Source of the DNA: Octopus sinensis
Taxonomy: Eukaryota
DNA length: 64,000 bases
Assembly (NCBI RefSeq): GCF_006345805.1
Contig: NC_042999.1
Location: 111,662,001-111,726,000 of the forward strand
Direction of reading: 5' to 3'
A program made the translations under genes and the position numbers. A model generated the notes under the pieces. The model saw only the letters and a program-made list of their open reading frames with translations, was not told the DNA's origin and ran no database searches. Below, one piece after another: positions 41,043 to 54,286 of this stretch (its first letter is position 1; every line of letters starts with the position of its first letter).

Positions 41043-41435
41043 AGGCGTGACTGTGTGGTAAGAAGCTTGCTTCCCAACCACATAGTTCCGGGTTCAGTCC
41101 CACTGCGTGACAACTTGAGCAAGTGTCTTCTACTATAGTCTCGGACCGACCAAAGCCTTGTGAGTGGATTTGATTGGTGGAAAATGAAAGAAGCTCGTCG
41201 TATATATATGCCTTTGTGTTTGTGTTTGTCCTCACCATTGCTTTACAACCAATGTTGATGTGTTTACCTCCCCGTAACTTAACGGTTCGGCAAAAGAGAC
41301 CAATACAATAAGTACTAGTCTTACAAAGAATAAGTCCTGGCGTCGATTTCTTCGACTAAAAACTTTTTCAGGTGGTGCTCCAGCATCGTTTTAGTCAGAT
41401 GACTGAAACAAGTAAAAGAACAAGAGATTAAAAGA
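41043..41435 (+). mobile_element. SINE family B
   Basis: Homology to 27282 copy. Confidence 0.88.
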
Positions 41436-41934
41436 ATAGTCTTATTCTGGAAAATTCCCAAAATTTTGGGAGCTATGCAAAATTATACCAATTTTTAAAA
41501 CAAACTAGCATCATACAGATCCACTAACCATTTTTGCGTGCCTTATTCTACTTAAAAGGCTCGCCCTTAGTTTTGTTGGCCCTTAATTTTGTCTACCCAA
41601 ACAGACAGGTTTCCAAAGTAACCATTACATCCAAATGCCGCTCGAATGGCAAATTCACACAAACCTTTATGGCAGTTTCATTCCAAAATTCACCATTGGT
41701 GCTGTCTCTTTCTTGGAATTAGTTGCTTTGTAGGAGTCAAGAAAAGAACGCTTAGATAGTGACCACACCAGCCATTTGACTACCACTCTGTTGACTTTCT
41801 AAAAAAGAAAGAATCAATGATTATGAGGATGATATGGCAATCTAACGTCTTCCTTTGAAACTGACCATTTTCCATTATATTTCAGACAGATTCAGCGCTG
41901 AGTTACTGAAGCGGAAATATCGTTATAGCATTGA

Positions 41935-42060
41935 TTTGCTTGTCAGTTGCTTGACCATAACAACGTGAGCATGTCCCTTAGTGGCTGACAATATGTGCAC
42001 CTCTGATCATGAGCAGTTGTAGTGGGGGAGCATCATAGCTATGTATTGAGAGAAATTCTT
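41935..42060. mobile_element. Dispersed repeat (SINE-like), second copy at about 57885-57995
   Basis: ttgcttgtcagttgcttgacc..ccttagtggctga..gagcatcatagc shared by both loci. Confidence 0.65.
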
Positions 42061-45000
42061 TGGAGTTTGAATAAATGTAACAAAAGCAAAGTTTGATGGA
42101 AATATTAGCCATTTTTCATACTTTCTAGGGGTAAGCAAATAGGAAATAACAGCTGCTACCCAAAGACAAAAATCGTGCTACACAGTGTTTTTGTTGGGGA
42201 GATCGGGGTAGACAAAAGGAAAATGTGAATATCCTATCGTGAGAAATCGCATGATCGTACACTATAATCTAATAAACTTATCAACGTGTAATATTCATAT
42301 TTCATTAATTTCTGCAGAGATTCGAAGCTAAACTACTGCGTGGTATTTTGACGTTTCAACCATCTTGCTATTAGTTAATTTGAGATAAATAAATTAATAA
42401 TAAATGCTAAATAAATAAATGAATAAATAAATAAATAAAAGCGTATTACAATCAAAGAAAGAAGAAATCAGTAAAGTGTAATAAAAGAAATAGTGGAAAA
42501 AATAAATGAAAGGAAAGAGATTGAAAGACATGGACAAAAAAATGAAAGAGAATTTTTAGAGATGTAAAAAAAATCGGAGGCGAAAATAGGGAATTAAAGT
42601 GAAAATGCGAAGGAAGAATAAAAAGTAAAATTTCTGGGATATCTCTGGAGTTTAGATGAAATGAAATATATAAAAAAATGATGACAGATTTCAGATCATA
42701 GTTAATATTTTCTAATATTTGTCATTTGTCATACAACGTTTACTCTGGGGGTTACATTCGGCCTCATGCTAACAAATTTCAAACCTTAATATTGGATACT
42801 AAATATTAGTGTGTACTGGATTCCTGCGCATTAATTCAACTGTGTGTCTGTTTGTCCGTATTTCTGCCATTTAAAACGCCATGGTTTCACGTTCCATCAT
42901 TGCAAATATTTGCTATATGTCAATGTTAGTTACATGCCACGCGATATTCGTTTCTGCTCTCCGCTCTGAGTTCAAATCCAACCTTAGTCAGCTCTACTTT
43001 TTATCCTTAAGTGGGGAAGAGTCCTTAAAGTCCAAAAGTGGAGGAGCGTAATACTTATCTTTTCTGTTTCACTCTTTCTCTCTAGAAGACCCGAAAGGGA
43101 ATGGAATCTACAAGTTATAAATGCCCGAGGCACACTGTATGCCAGACGGTGCCTTGAGCAACAGGCATTCAAGACGGAACAGAATGTTTCTTCCTACAAA
43201 GATACTTATCAATTGATTCGTGCACTAAGAGGTAAAAAAACACGGGAAGACTTAGCCTATTCACAGTTGGAACAATGTAGCTATCGTCGACGGAATTTGC
43301 TAAGTTATGCTGGAGAACTGTGTTCATAACCTTCTATAGATTTCTGAAATAGTGATAGAAATCAGAAATTAAGCAATGATCTATAGATCATTAGTGAGGA
43401 TGCTTTCTTGTTTTCATTTTACTTTCCTTTCTCATTGGGGTTTTTTTTTTCAAGCAATATAAAGATATTTATTATTACTTGTTTGATTAGGACAAATTAC
43501 CTATATACTATGAATGTCAGAGCCGAAACCGATTGTGTATGATACTCTCAACGTAGAAGTACAGGATTCGTGTTTTGTCACCCGCACTGAGCTGTGTTAG
43601 TGACTACCTATCAAACATACCGAACTCTCGAAGCCGGAATCCATCTAAGTTTTAAGTACATACAACATACTAGTAACTAATGTCATTGTCCTTTAGTTCC
43701 AGATCAAACGTAATTTTGATTAAAAACACAGCACCAGTAACGACACCGTCCATTCAGGATATGCAAGAATACATAGTACATTGTGTATTTTCCCGATCTA
43801 AAGAAAAAAGGAAGCTTAGCTACTGTTTCTAACCGGTCGAGTAACCAATAAGATGATTCCTCGCTGGTGCGACGACATAATTTTATACTTCGTCATTGTA
43901 AGTATCAGAAACATACTTAAACTGATGCTTTAATTTAATTTTCTCCACTGCAAAAGTTTCATGTTATAGATTAGCATAATTCCAGTGAAAGTTTTGTTCA
44001 TGTCTGGTAATCAAAAACACGTAATAAATTCACGGATCGTAGAGTCCCACGAAATACAGACTTTTGTACTATTTTGGTAAACAATTTTTCTACCATTTTG
44101 ATAATTGTCAGAGAGTTTCATGTATTTTTAATGTTTTATACAAGAACTTGTCTGAGATAGTGAAACCTAATTTTCACTTGACAACCAAGCTACAATGTTG
44201 TCACTCAAACGAAAATATATATGCTTAAAACGTTTAAAACTCCACAATTAATTTATCAATGACTGTGAATCATAAAAAAATAAAGAACTGACCATCTTAT
44301 ATGTATTGAGAAAATTAATTTAACGGAGCCAACCAACCTCACCAAGCTGTACCTAGGAGATAAATTAAATTCATCTTTCTATACAAATGAAGCTCTCACA
44401 TATAGATGAACTATACTAAACTCTATTTTCATAGAAAATATTAATTTTGGGACAATAATGTAGGTTCTGCTGATTTCAAACTAAAGTGAAATAATAATGT
44501 TTATTTCTTAATCAAGTAAAACTCGTTCGACAAACAATCTGAAAATTGTCGAATTTTATATTAAATCAAGTGCATACTGATTTAGGAATCGATTTTTATA
44601 ATTGTTTGAACTTCTCGATACATATAAAGTGTTTAGAATTTTCTTCTGATTCACAGTTATTGTCAAATTAATTGTGGAGTTTTAATCGTTTTACTCATAT
44701 ATATATATATATATATATTCGTCTTAGTGGTAGCATTGTGGCTCGGTTGTCCAGTAAAAATCAGGTTTTAATATCTCAGACGAATAACTGGATTTATTTA
44801 TACTATTCTCGTTTAGTTTATTTATCAAATAACGTTGTGAGTGTACTCTAACTAATTAACATCAAAAGTTCAACACCCGAGCTGAGGAACGCATTGCAGC
44901 AAAGAGCCAAAAGTTAAATTCATCAAAGTCTGACAGAAAAGAAGTATTCAGTAGGTATTTCAAGTAAATGAATCTTGTCAAATTTGTTGGCTGGTGTTGC

Positions 45001-46399
45001 TGAAAGATTGGACAATATTCACTCAAGGCAAGTTGTACTGAAAATGACAATTGCAAAGTACATGCAAATTGTGTTCATTTGCCTTTACTGGTAAGGAAGG
45101 ATAGACTGTGTCGTGAGCGTTCGGAGCTGTATGAGATCTTCACAACCTTACGTACATCTTCATATTTATTAATCAAACGTACCAGTAGCCATTGATGAAA
45201 ATTTTAAAGATATCCGAAACGTTCGCTCTATCTCTGATTGTTTTCTGAGAAAATTGATACATACATTATCGTAACATCCAAACAAACACTGATTCTAAAC
45301 TTCCACTAAATTCAAGAAGTCAATTGAAATACTATAGTTTAAAAGAGTGCAAAAGTTAATGATATTATTCATGGTGTTGACTGTAAGGTTATACGCACTT
45401 GAAAGAAGTCGAAAAATAATATATAAAAAGTAAATAAAAATAGATGGAACAGTTTGATAGCCTATTATTTAGTGACCAACTCATAAAGAATGTAAAGGGA
45501 ATAATACACCAAAAAATATCTATAAATCCATTTAAAGACGAGTGGGGAATCCTGAAAGTGTTAAGGTTGAGATATAATGTAAATCTATCCGCTGAGTTGA
45601 CAATCAGATACAATAATGTTGTGACAGATCAGTCAGTCAACTAAGGAAGGTGACTGAATCTTTCGGTGTCATGTAACAACTAGACACAACTCTGAATACT
45701 TGCAGCTAATCTGAACAGCTTATAATCACCATATCTTCATTGATATGGATTTGCACCACTGAACGTGTCCTCTTTTTCTCACAGATTCACAGATAATCAC
45801 TTAGTAATTTCTTACACATTTTCATGTGCGGCTTTATTGTTTGTTTTTTTACTAGTTTCATGTATATGTACACACGAGCGCACACACACACACACACACA
45901 CACACAAAGAGAGTGTATGCTTGTATTTAAGTATAGGTGTGCCTGTTGTATGAGTGCTAAGTGAAAGCTTACAGAGAATAATAAGCATTCTGGATGTTGG
46001 TGAATTGGGAGGAGAAAATTATAAGGAAGGGCGCTGATCAAAGGTCATGGATAAAGAGAAGATTGTAGACATGCTTGAGAAGATAGAACAATGAAAATAG
46101 AACTCGGTGTCTACTAAGAAGACAGCAGGCAACAAGGCTTCACTTTTGGCTTAAGTGATAACGGACAATCTTACAATGGCTATTCAGCTTGCATCTTAGA
46201 AGTGACAGGTCAACAATAATACTGCGAGGACTATTGTGTATGCATGTATGAATGTATGTATGTGCGTGTGTATGTACGGACGTATGTATGTGTGTACATA
46301 TGCATATATGTAGGCTTGTGTGTGTGCGTACGCGTGTGTCTATGTGCAAGTCGAAATATTTGCATGTATGGATGTAGGTATATTTATACGTCTGCATGT

Positions 46400-46515
46400 A
46401 TTTATGTATGTATGTATGTATGTATGTATGTATGTATGTATGTATGTATGTATGTATGTATGTATGTATGTATGTATGTATGCATGCATGTATGTATGTA
46501 TGTATGTATGTATGT
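46400..46515. repeat. (TATG)n microsatellite
   Basis: Direct reading. Confidence 0.95.
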
Positions 46516-46794
46516 TTTATGTGGGGATTTGTTTAATTACTTCTTGGCTGAATCGAAGTTGGGCATTAATAGTGTGATAAAGCACCTTTGTATGAGTGAA
46601 TGTAATTCCTCGCATTTGTTGATAAATCAACGAGGTAATGTTTGCTAGTATTTGTGGTTGAATGTATGATTGTATGTAAGTATGGTTGAATATATTTGTA
46701 CTCTATGTCGTCTGTCTTTACGTCCTGGGTTCAAATTCCGCTGAAGTCAACTTTGCCTTTCATCATTTCAGGGTCGATAAAATATTCCTTTTCC

Positions 46795-47039
46795 TCCCCT
46801 TTCTTACATGTTTCAACCATTTGACTGCGGCCATACTGAAGCAACACCTTAAAGGGATGTTAGTCGAAGAAATCGACCCCAGAACTTGTTCTAAGTCTAG
46901 TACTTATTCTATGGGTTACTTTTGCCGAACCGCTAGCTTATGGGTACACCAGCATAGGTTGTCAAGCGATGGCGGAGGACAAATACAAATACACACACAC
47001 ACAAATATATATATGTTTTTATATATATATATATATATA

Positions 47040-47114
<75 letters not shown>

Positions 47115-47275
47115 CTGATTTCTTTCAGTTTCTGTCTACCAAATCCTCTCACAAGGCTTTGGTCGACTCGAGACTATAGCAGAAGACACTTGCCGAAGGT
47201 ACAACACAGTGTTACTGAACCCGGAACCATGTGCTTGGAAAGCAAGTTTCTTACAACACACCCATTCCTGCGCCT
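46795..47275 (-). mobile_element. SINE family B with internal (TA)n; family A fragment (+) at 46700-46785
   Basis: Homology to other copies. Confidence 0.85.
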
Positions 47276-48989
47276 ATTAATTTATATAACACTTCAAATA
47301 ATAAATCCTTGGTGCGTTACTAGTGTTTTGTTTCATTGTTACTACACAATATATCTAGACATTTTAGCCAAAATATGTAAATAAACTTGTCTTTATCTTA
47401 AAAATAAAGTGTTTACATCTGTTTCTTGTGGGTTGAAATTTATAAAAACATTCCGAGATATCGGTGTACTTTAGCTCTGTACTGTTTCTATGAGTAATGT
47501 CATATATTCATTAGTCAGTGCTCGAATGAGGCCAATATATGAAACTAACTTGAACATTTGACAACATACCACATGAAGATAAATTCTTTAGTATTACAAA
47601 TGGCAGTGGTTAAGCTGAATCTGTACAACAATGAACAAAGTACTTTGCGGTATTTTGTTACGTCTCTTTACCTTATAAGAACATTGTCTTTCATCTTCCC
47701 GGATTCAATAAAATAAAATAATCACTCAAGCACTGATGTTGATTTGACTGACTATAATCCCCCCCCCCAGCTCTAGTAGAAATGTTTAACTTTGTAAAAC
47801 ATATATTTCATTTTCCTATGATCAAAAGGTCGTCATCGTATTTTCAGTTTGCATTTGGAGCCTTAATTATTTGACACTTTTGCATTCTCACAACATGGAA
47901 GCAAAATTGCAAATAGATTGATGAGGGATGAACAGCAACGCTAAAGAAACATTACACAAGTTTTCGGTGAAACTGTAACAACCAAATGTATATAGGGCGC
48001 ATTTAGTTTGTAGTCAGAGCATTTCTGATTTCACAATAATATTAGAAGAATACTAAGATACAAAAAATGAATGTATATTCTTCTACTATTAATCTCTTAA
48101 TGATTAAATTGAAACTTATTGTCTCTACTCAGGTATTGATAAGGTAACAATTAGATTATTTATTATGTCCACAAAATATCTTATGATTATAGTTATACAA
48201 AAGCCCGTCTCTGGCCGGTGGGCTGTGCACCAGCAGACGTTTCTACTGAGGCACGTTATAGACTCATAGACTAAACAGAAAAAGTGTGATGAGGAATTTT
48301 AACCGCCATACGAAGAGACAAAGAACAGGCAACTCAATATTAGTAAAAAGTAACAGAACATTTAATTTATTTTACTAATATGACAACGAGTCTTTAAAAA
48401 TGAAAGCTTAAAGTGTGATAAACTTTATTGAAATTATAAAATAAAGGAATACAATTTGTTGTTTAATAGCGAATTCCGTTTTGTCTGCTTTCAGAATAAA
48501 AAGTAATACAATTAGAAAATGGATAAAAATAAAAAGTGTAATAATAAAAATTAAGTAGATAGACATTATCCTATCACAAAAGACAAATTTCGAAATCTTA
48601 AAATCTATTCTGAAAATTCAAATTTTCACAAATGCTTCCGTGAAAAATTCCTAAAATATCACTTTTGGCACTAAAGTTTAATGCGCTTGTTTTGCTAATT
48701 TTTTTAGCTTGATTTTGTACGTATGTGTGCAATTCTATGTTAGTGTGTGTGTGTGTGTCTGTGTATATATGTATGCGTGTGTGTGTGTATGTATAAATGT
48801 ATTACCTTTTTATGTGCTTGTCTGTTTGTGAATATGTGCATGTGAGGTGTGAATGCTATTTGCTTGTATGCATGTATGCCTTCCTCATTAGTATGTGCGT
48901 GTGACTGTGAGTATGTGTCTGTGTTGTGTGTGTGTGTGTGTGTGTGTGTTGTGAATGAATTTGTCTACATGTCCTAAAGTAGCAATAGT

Positions 48990-49295
48990 ATAGGCGTCAG
49001 CATAATCAACTTCAGCGTTGTAATGACTAAAGTCAACATTACTAGCAACATCATGAGCATCATCATCATCCCCATCATCATCATCAACATCATCCTCATC
49101 ATTATCGTCATCATCATCACCATTACAGCCATCTTCACCATCGCCGTCATCATCATCGTTGTCGTCCACGTTGTCACCATGATCGTCGTCGTTCCCACTG
49201 TTATTCCAACCACCAATGCCATTGTCATCGTCACCACAAGCATCAAAAACGATGAAGATGATGATGACAATCATCATCGTCATCATCATCAACAT
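48990..49295. repeat. Degenerate (CAT)n low-complexity block
   Basis: Direct reading. Confidence 0.9.
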
Positions 49296-49420
49296 ATTTT
49301 GTAATTTTGTTTTTGCGTTCTTGATTTTTAAGAGATATTTTATTCATTCAATTTACCTCTTAAGAATTTCCACTGAAAAAAGAAACAATAGAAAATGAGC
49401 ATAAGAAAAATAAGAAAACC

Positions 49421-49463
<43 letters not shown>

Positions 49464-49623
49464 ATAGTAGTAGTAGTAGTAGTAGCAGCAGCAGTAGTAG
49501 TGAAAAGTAACCTTGAGGAATACTAGCATCTTAAAAATTAGAACAAATGTTTAAATCTTTGTTTTTTATAGCTGAGCAATTGTAAATGCCATGAACTATA
49601 ACAATCTGCATTAGTTGAGTATA

Positions 49624-52109
49624 TATCGTCTTCTAAGAGTTATACGTTCTTGTCCATGTTGTATTTTTCTACATACCTTAACATATATTCCAGGCGCCCC
49701 GTACCCCCTTTATCATTAATGTGAACACATATTCTTAATAATTGGTACGACTCTCTGTTTGTCTCTCTCTCTCATTTTTACTTGATCTGTCCCCCTCTCT
49801 CTCTCTCTTTTCTCTCTATTCATCTTCTCTTTCCTCTGATCCTTTGGTCTAGTCTTCCACTACCCTCCTATTTCTTTGTCTCGCTCTGCACTCACAGGTC
49901 ATTCTTCGACACCCATCCCTTCTCCTCTCTGATTCCTTCTTTCTCTCTCTTTGTTGCGTTTTGTTCCCCTTTCTCTTTCTCTCTTCCTTTGCTTCTCTTT
50001 CTTTTCTTTTCCCTCTTCTCTGTCACGTGACTGTTGGCCGAAATCTGCCTTTCAGCTCCTGACCCTCGTCGTGTTAACATCGTTGTCTTTCGTCCGCCGC
50101 TATAAAGGCTTTTTCCAATGCGCCAGAGAAAAAATTTGTTTGCTTGTTATCAGTCGTAAGACACTTGTTGTTTTCACCGTTAATGCTTCTGTATTTCATG
50201 TTTCTGTATTCCATTATTGTTTTTTGTTTTTTTGTTTTTTTGTTTTTTTTATATCTGTCCCTTTTGCTGTCCTGGTGTTCGTATGCATTCGATCCTTCTT
50301 CAGGAAATCTACGCTTCCAGCTTAGTTTTTCTAATGCTCGTTGCTTAGTTTTTCTTGGAGGGCTGGCCGTGATCTAGTAATCTCAAGATTAATCAGCCGA
50401 AATTACTACGATGATCCGGTTCTTCACTGAAGACTGAGGGGTTCGAATGTCCTGTCCATGTTGTATTTTTCTACATACCTTAACATATATTCCAGGCGCC
50501 CCGTACCCCCTTTATCATTATGTGAACACATATTCTTAATAATTGGTACGACTCTCTGTTTGTCTCTCTCTCTCATTTTTACTTGATCTGTCCCCCTCTC
50601 TCTCTCTCTTTTCTCTCTATTCATCTTCTCTTCCTCTGATCCTTTGTCTAGTCTTCCACTACCCTCCTATTTCTTTGTCTCGCTCTGCACTCACAGGTCA
50701 TTCTTCGACACCCATCCCTTCTCCTCTCTGATTCCTTCTTTCTCTCTCTTTGTTGCGTTTTGTTCCCCTTTCTCTTTCTCTCTTCCTTTGCTTCTCTTTC
50801 TTTTCTTTTCCCTCTTCTCTGTCACGTGACTGTTGGCCGAAATCTGCCTTTCAGCTCCTGACCCTCGTCGTGTTAACATCGTTGTCTTTCGTCCGCCGCT
50901 ATAAAGGCTTTTTCCAATGCGCCAGAGAAAAAATTTGTTTGCTTGTTATCAGTCGTAAGACACTTGTTGTTTTCACCGTTAATGCTTCTGTATTTCATGT
51001 TTCTGTATTCCATTATTGTTTTTTGTTTTTTTGTTTTTTTTATATCTGTCCCTTTTGCTGTCCTGGTGTTCGTATGCATTCGATCCTTCTTCCAGGAAAT
51101 CTACGCTTCCAGCTTAGTTTTTCTAATGCTCGTTGCTTAGTTTTTCTTGGAGGGCTGGCCGTGATCTAGTAATCTCAAGATTAATCAGCCGAAATTACTA
51201 CGATGATCCGGTTCTTCACTGAAGACTGAGGGGTTCGAATGTCCTGTCCATGTTGTATTTTTCTACATACCTTAACATATATTCCAGGCGCCCCGTACCC
51301 CCTTTATCATTAATGTGAACACATATTCTTAATAATTGGTACGACTCTCTGTTTGTCTCTCTCTCTCATTTTTACTTGATCTGTCCCCCTCTCTCTCTCT
51401 CTTTTCTCTCTATTCATCTTCTCTTTCCTCTGATCCTTTGGTCTAGTCTGCCACTACCCTCCTATTTCTTTGTCTCGCTCTGCACTCACAGGTCATTCTT
51501 CGACACCCATCCCTTCTCCTCTCTGATTCCTTCTTTCTCTCTCTTTGTTGCGTTTTGTTCCCCTTTCTCTCTCTCTCTTCCTTTGCTTCTCTTTCTTTTC
51601 TTTTCCCTCTTCTCTGTCACGTGACTGTTGGCCGAAATCTGCCTTTCAGCTCCTGACCCTCGTCGTGTTAACATCGTTGTCTTTCGTCCGCCGCTATAAA
51701 GGCTTTTTCCAATGCGCCAGAGAAAAAATTTGTTTGCTTGTTATCAGTCGTAAGACACTTGTTGTTTTCACCGTTAATGCTTCTGTATTTCATGTTTCTG
51801 TATTCCATTATTGTTTTTTGTTTTTTTGTTTTTTTTATATCTGTCCCTTTTGCTGTCCTGGTGTTCGTATGCATTCGATCCTTCTTCCAGGAAATCTACG
51901 CTTCCAGCTTAGTTTTTCTAATGCTCGTTGCTTAGTTTTTCTTGGAGGGCTGGCCGTGATCTAGTAATCTCAAGATTAATCAGCCGAAATTACTACGATG
52001 ATCCGGTTCTTCACTGAAGACTGAGGGGTTCGAATGTCCTGTCCATGTTTATTGTATCGTCTTCTAAGAGTTATACGTTCTTGTCCATGTTGTATTTTTC
52101 TACATACCT
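49624..52109. repeat. Tandem triplication of a ~795-bp unit bracketed by a 55-bp direct repeat
   Basis: Unit anchor tgtccatgtt at 49651, 50453, 51245, 52040; 55-bp repeat at 49624-49678 and 52055-52109. Confidence 0.92.
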
Positions 52110-52116
52110 AATATAT

Positions 52117-52175
<59 letters not shown>

Positions 52176-52476
52176 ATGCGCGTGTATGCATATATATTTA
52201 TATGTATATATATGTATATGTATATACACAAACACACATAAGCCCATATATATATATATTTATACATGAATGTTTACATGCGTATATATGTTTACACACA
52301 CAGACATATACACATACGCATACACACACACTCATATATATATTACTGTGAAAGAGCGTAGACTTGAAACGTTAAAGACTATTTCACTTCCCGAGCGTTA
52401 AACTAATGCATCTGCTTGCTGTCTACACACCTGTCTTCGTCTTTTGTTTTGTTTTTTTTATGAATTCTCCCTATAT

Positions 52477-52548
<72 letters not shown>

Positions 52549-52622
52549 ATTATTAATTTAGTATATAAATTGCTTGTTTCCATGCTGACTACCTGATAAT
52601 TATTATTAACGTATCCTTATTT

Positions 52623-52676
<54 letters not shown>

Positions 52677-52678
52677 CG

Positions 52679-52715
<37 letters not shown>

Positions 52716-52719
52716 TGGT

Positions 52720-52872
52720 ATGTTGATGCGAACGGGAAAATTAGCACCTTGACTCACTATGCTACTTCTGCTAAGTTAATCTCGGCAGAATTTGAACCCA
52801 CAAAGTGCAGACAGAAGAAATGCCGCGAAGCGTTTTGCCCGGCGTGCTAACGATTCTTCCAGCTCATCACCT
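52720..52872 (-). mobile_element. SINE family A, diverged
   Basis: cggcagaatttgaac..cccggcgtgctaacgattc. Confidence 0.75.
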
Positions 52873-53924
52873 TACTACTACTAAATAGTAATGTGTGTGT
52901 GTGCGTATGTGTGTGTGTGTGTGTGCGCGCGCGCGCGTGTGCGCACATGTGTATGTGCGTTTGTGTTTAAACGTATGTATGTATACATGCATACACACAG
53001 GAAAATATAGACATCAGAGTATTCAGGAACGAATGCAGAATAGAAACCCCTTTATATGAGATATGGAAGCACATACGTCGTTCGTCTCGTACATCTTAAT
53101 GTTCGTGTATGTCTGTGTGCGGGCGCAGGTGTGTGCATGTATATGATTGAGCGTCCGTGTGTGTGTGTGTGTTTGTGTGTGTGTGTCTCTGTCTGTCTGT
53201 CTGTGTATGTATGTGTGTTTGTCTATCTCTATATCTACGACTATAAGTATATACAATGTTATACAAATTTTTTAGTATATATTTGTATGCATAACTTTTT
53301 TTTATATCTTTTCATTCTTTCATTTATTCATACTTCCTTTCTTTCTTGAAGAAATTCTACGCTCTTCTCTTCTCTTTCACTTTGTATCCATAGTCTGTGT
53401 ATATACATATTATATGTATTTGTATATGTATATTACATGTATTTATACGTGTAGCTATCTATGTGTCCACCTTTTGTGTGTGCGAATGTATGCATTTATA
53501 TATATTTATACATACACGCACGCATGCACATACACACACATATACATACAATTAAATAATTTGAACCTATCTTCTCAAAGCATTTGTAATCTAGAACTTT
53601 TGCACAAGTCTTGCTTTTTTTCCGAATTTCCTTTCGTCTTTCATTTAGTCTTTTTTATTCTGTACTGAATATAATATATTTGTTACATCGTTTATACATT
53701 TGTTTAAGCTATTGTATTGATTCCATCACCACGACCACGACTACCACCACCACCACCACAACAACAACAACAACAATGACAATAAAAATAATGTATTTAT
53801 TACATTATTTATGGTACTGTATTGTTCACATCACCGCCCCTAACACCATAATAATATAATATTAATAACAATAATGTAATATAATATTAACAAATATAAT
53901 ATTAATGACAATAATAGTAATAAT

Positions 53925-54132
53925 CCCTTCTACTAAGGTCTGAAATTAAAGAGGAGGGGGTTAAGTCGATTACATCGACACCACTACTCCACTGGTATTT
54001 ATTTTATCGACCCCGAAAGGATGAAAGGCAAAGTCGAATTCAGCGGAATTTTATCGTAGAACATGAAAGATGGACGAAACGCTGATAAGCATTTTGCCCG
54101 GCGCGCTAACGAATCTGTCAGCTCGCCGCCTT
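53925..54132 (-). mobile_element. SINE family A between TAA arrays
   Basis: Homology to other copies. Confidence 0.88.
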
Positions 54133-54179
<47 letters not shown>

Positions 54180-54286
54180 TAGTAATAATAATAATAATGA
54201 TAATAATATTAATAATAATGATGATGATGATGATAATAATAATAATAATAATAGTTATAATAATAGTAATAATAATAATAATAATA

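Noticed and set aside
45444-45644. 66-aa ORF of ordinary composition
   Set aside because: No splice signals or recognisable domain
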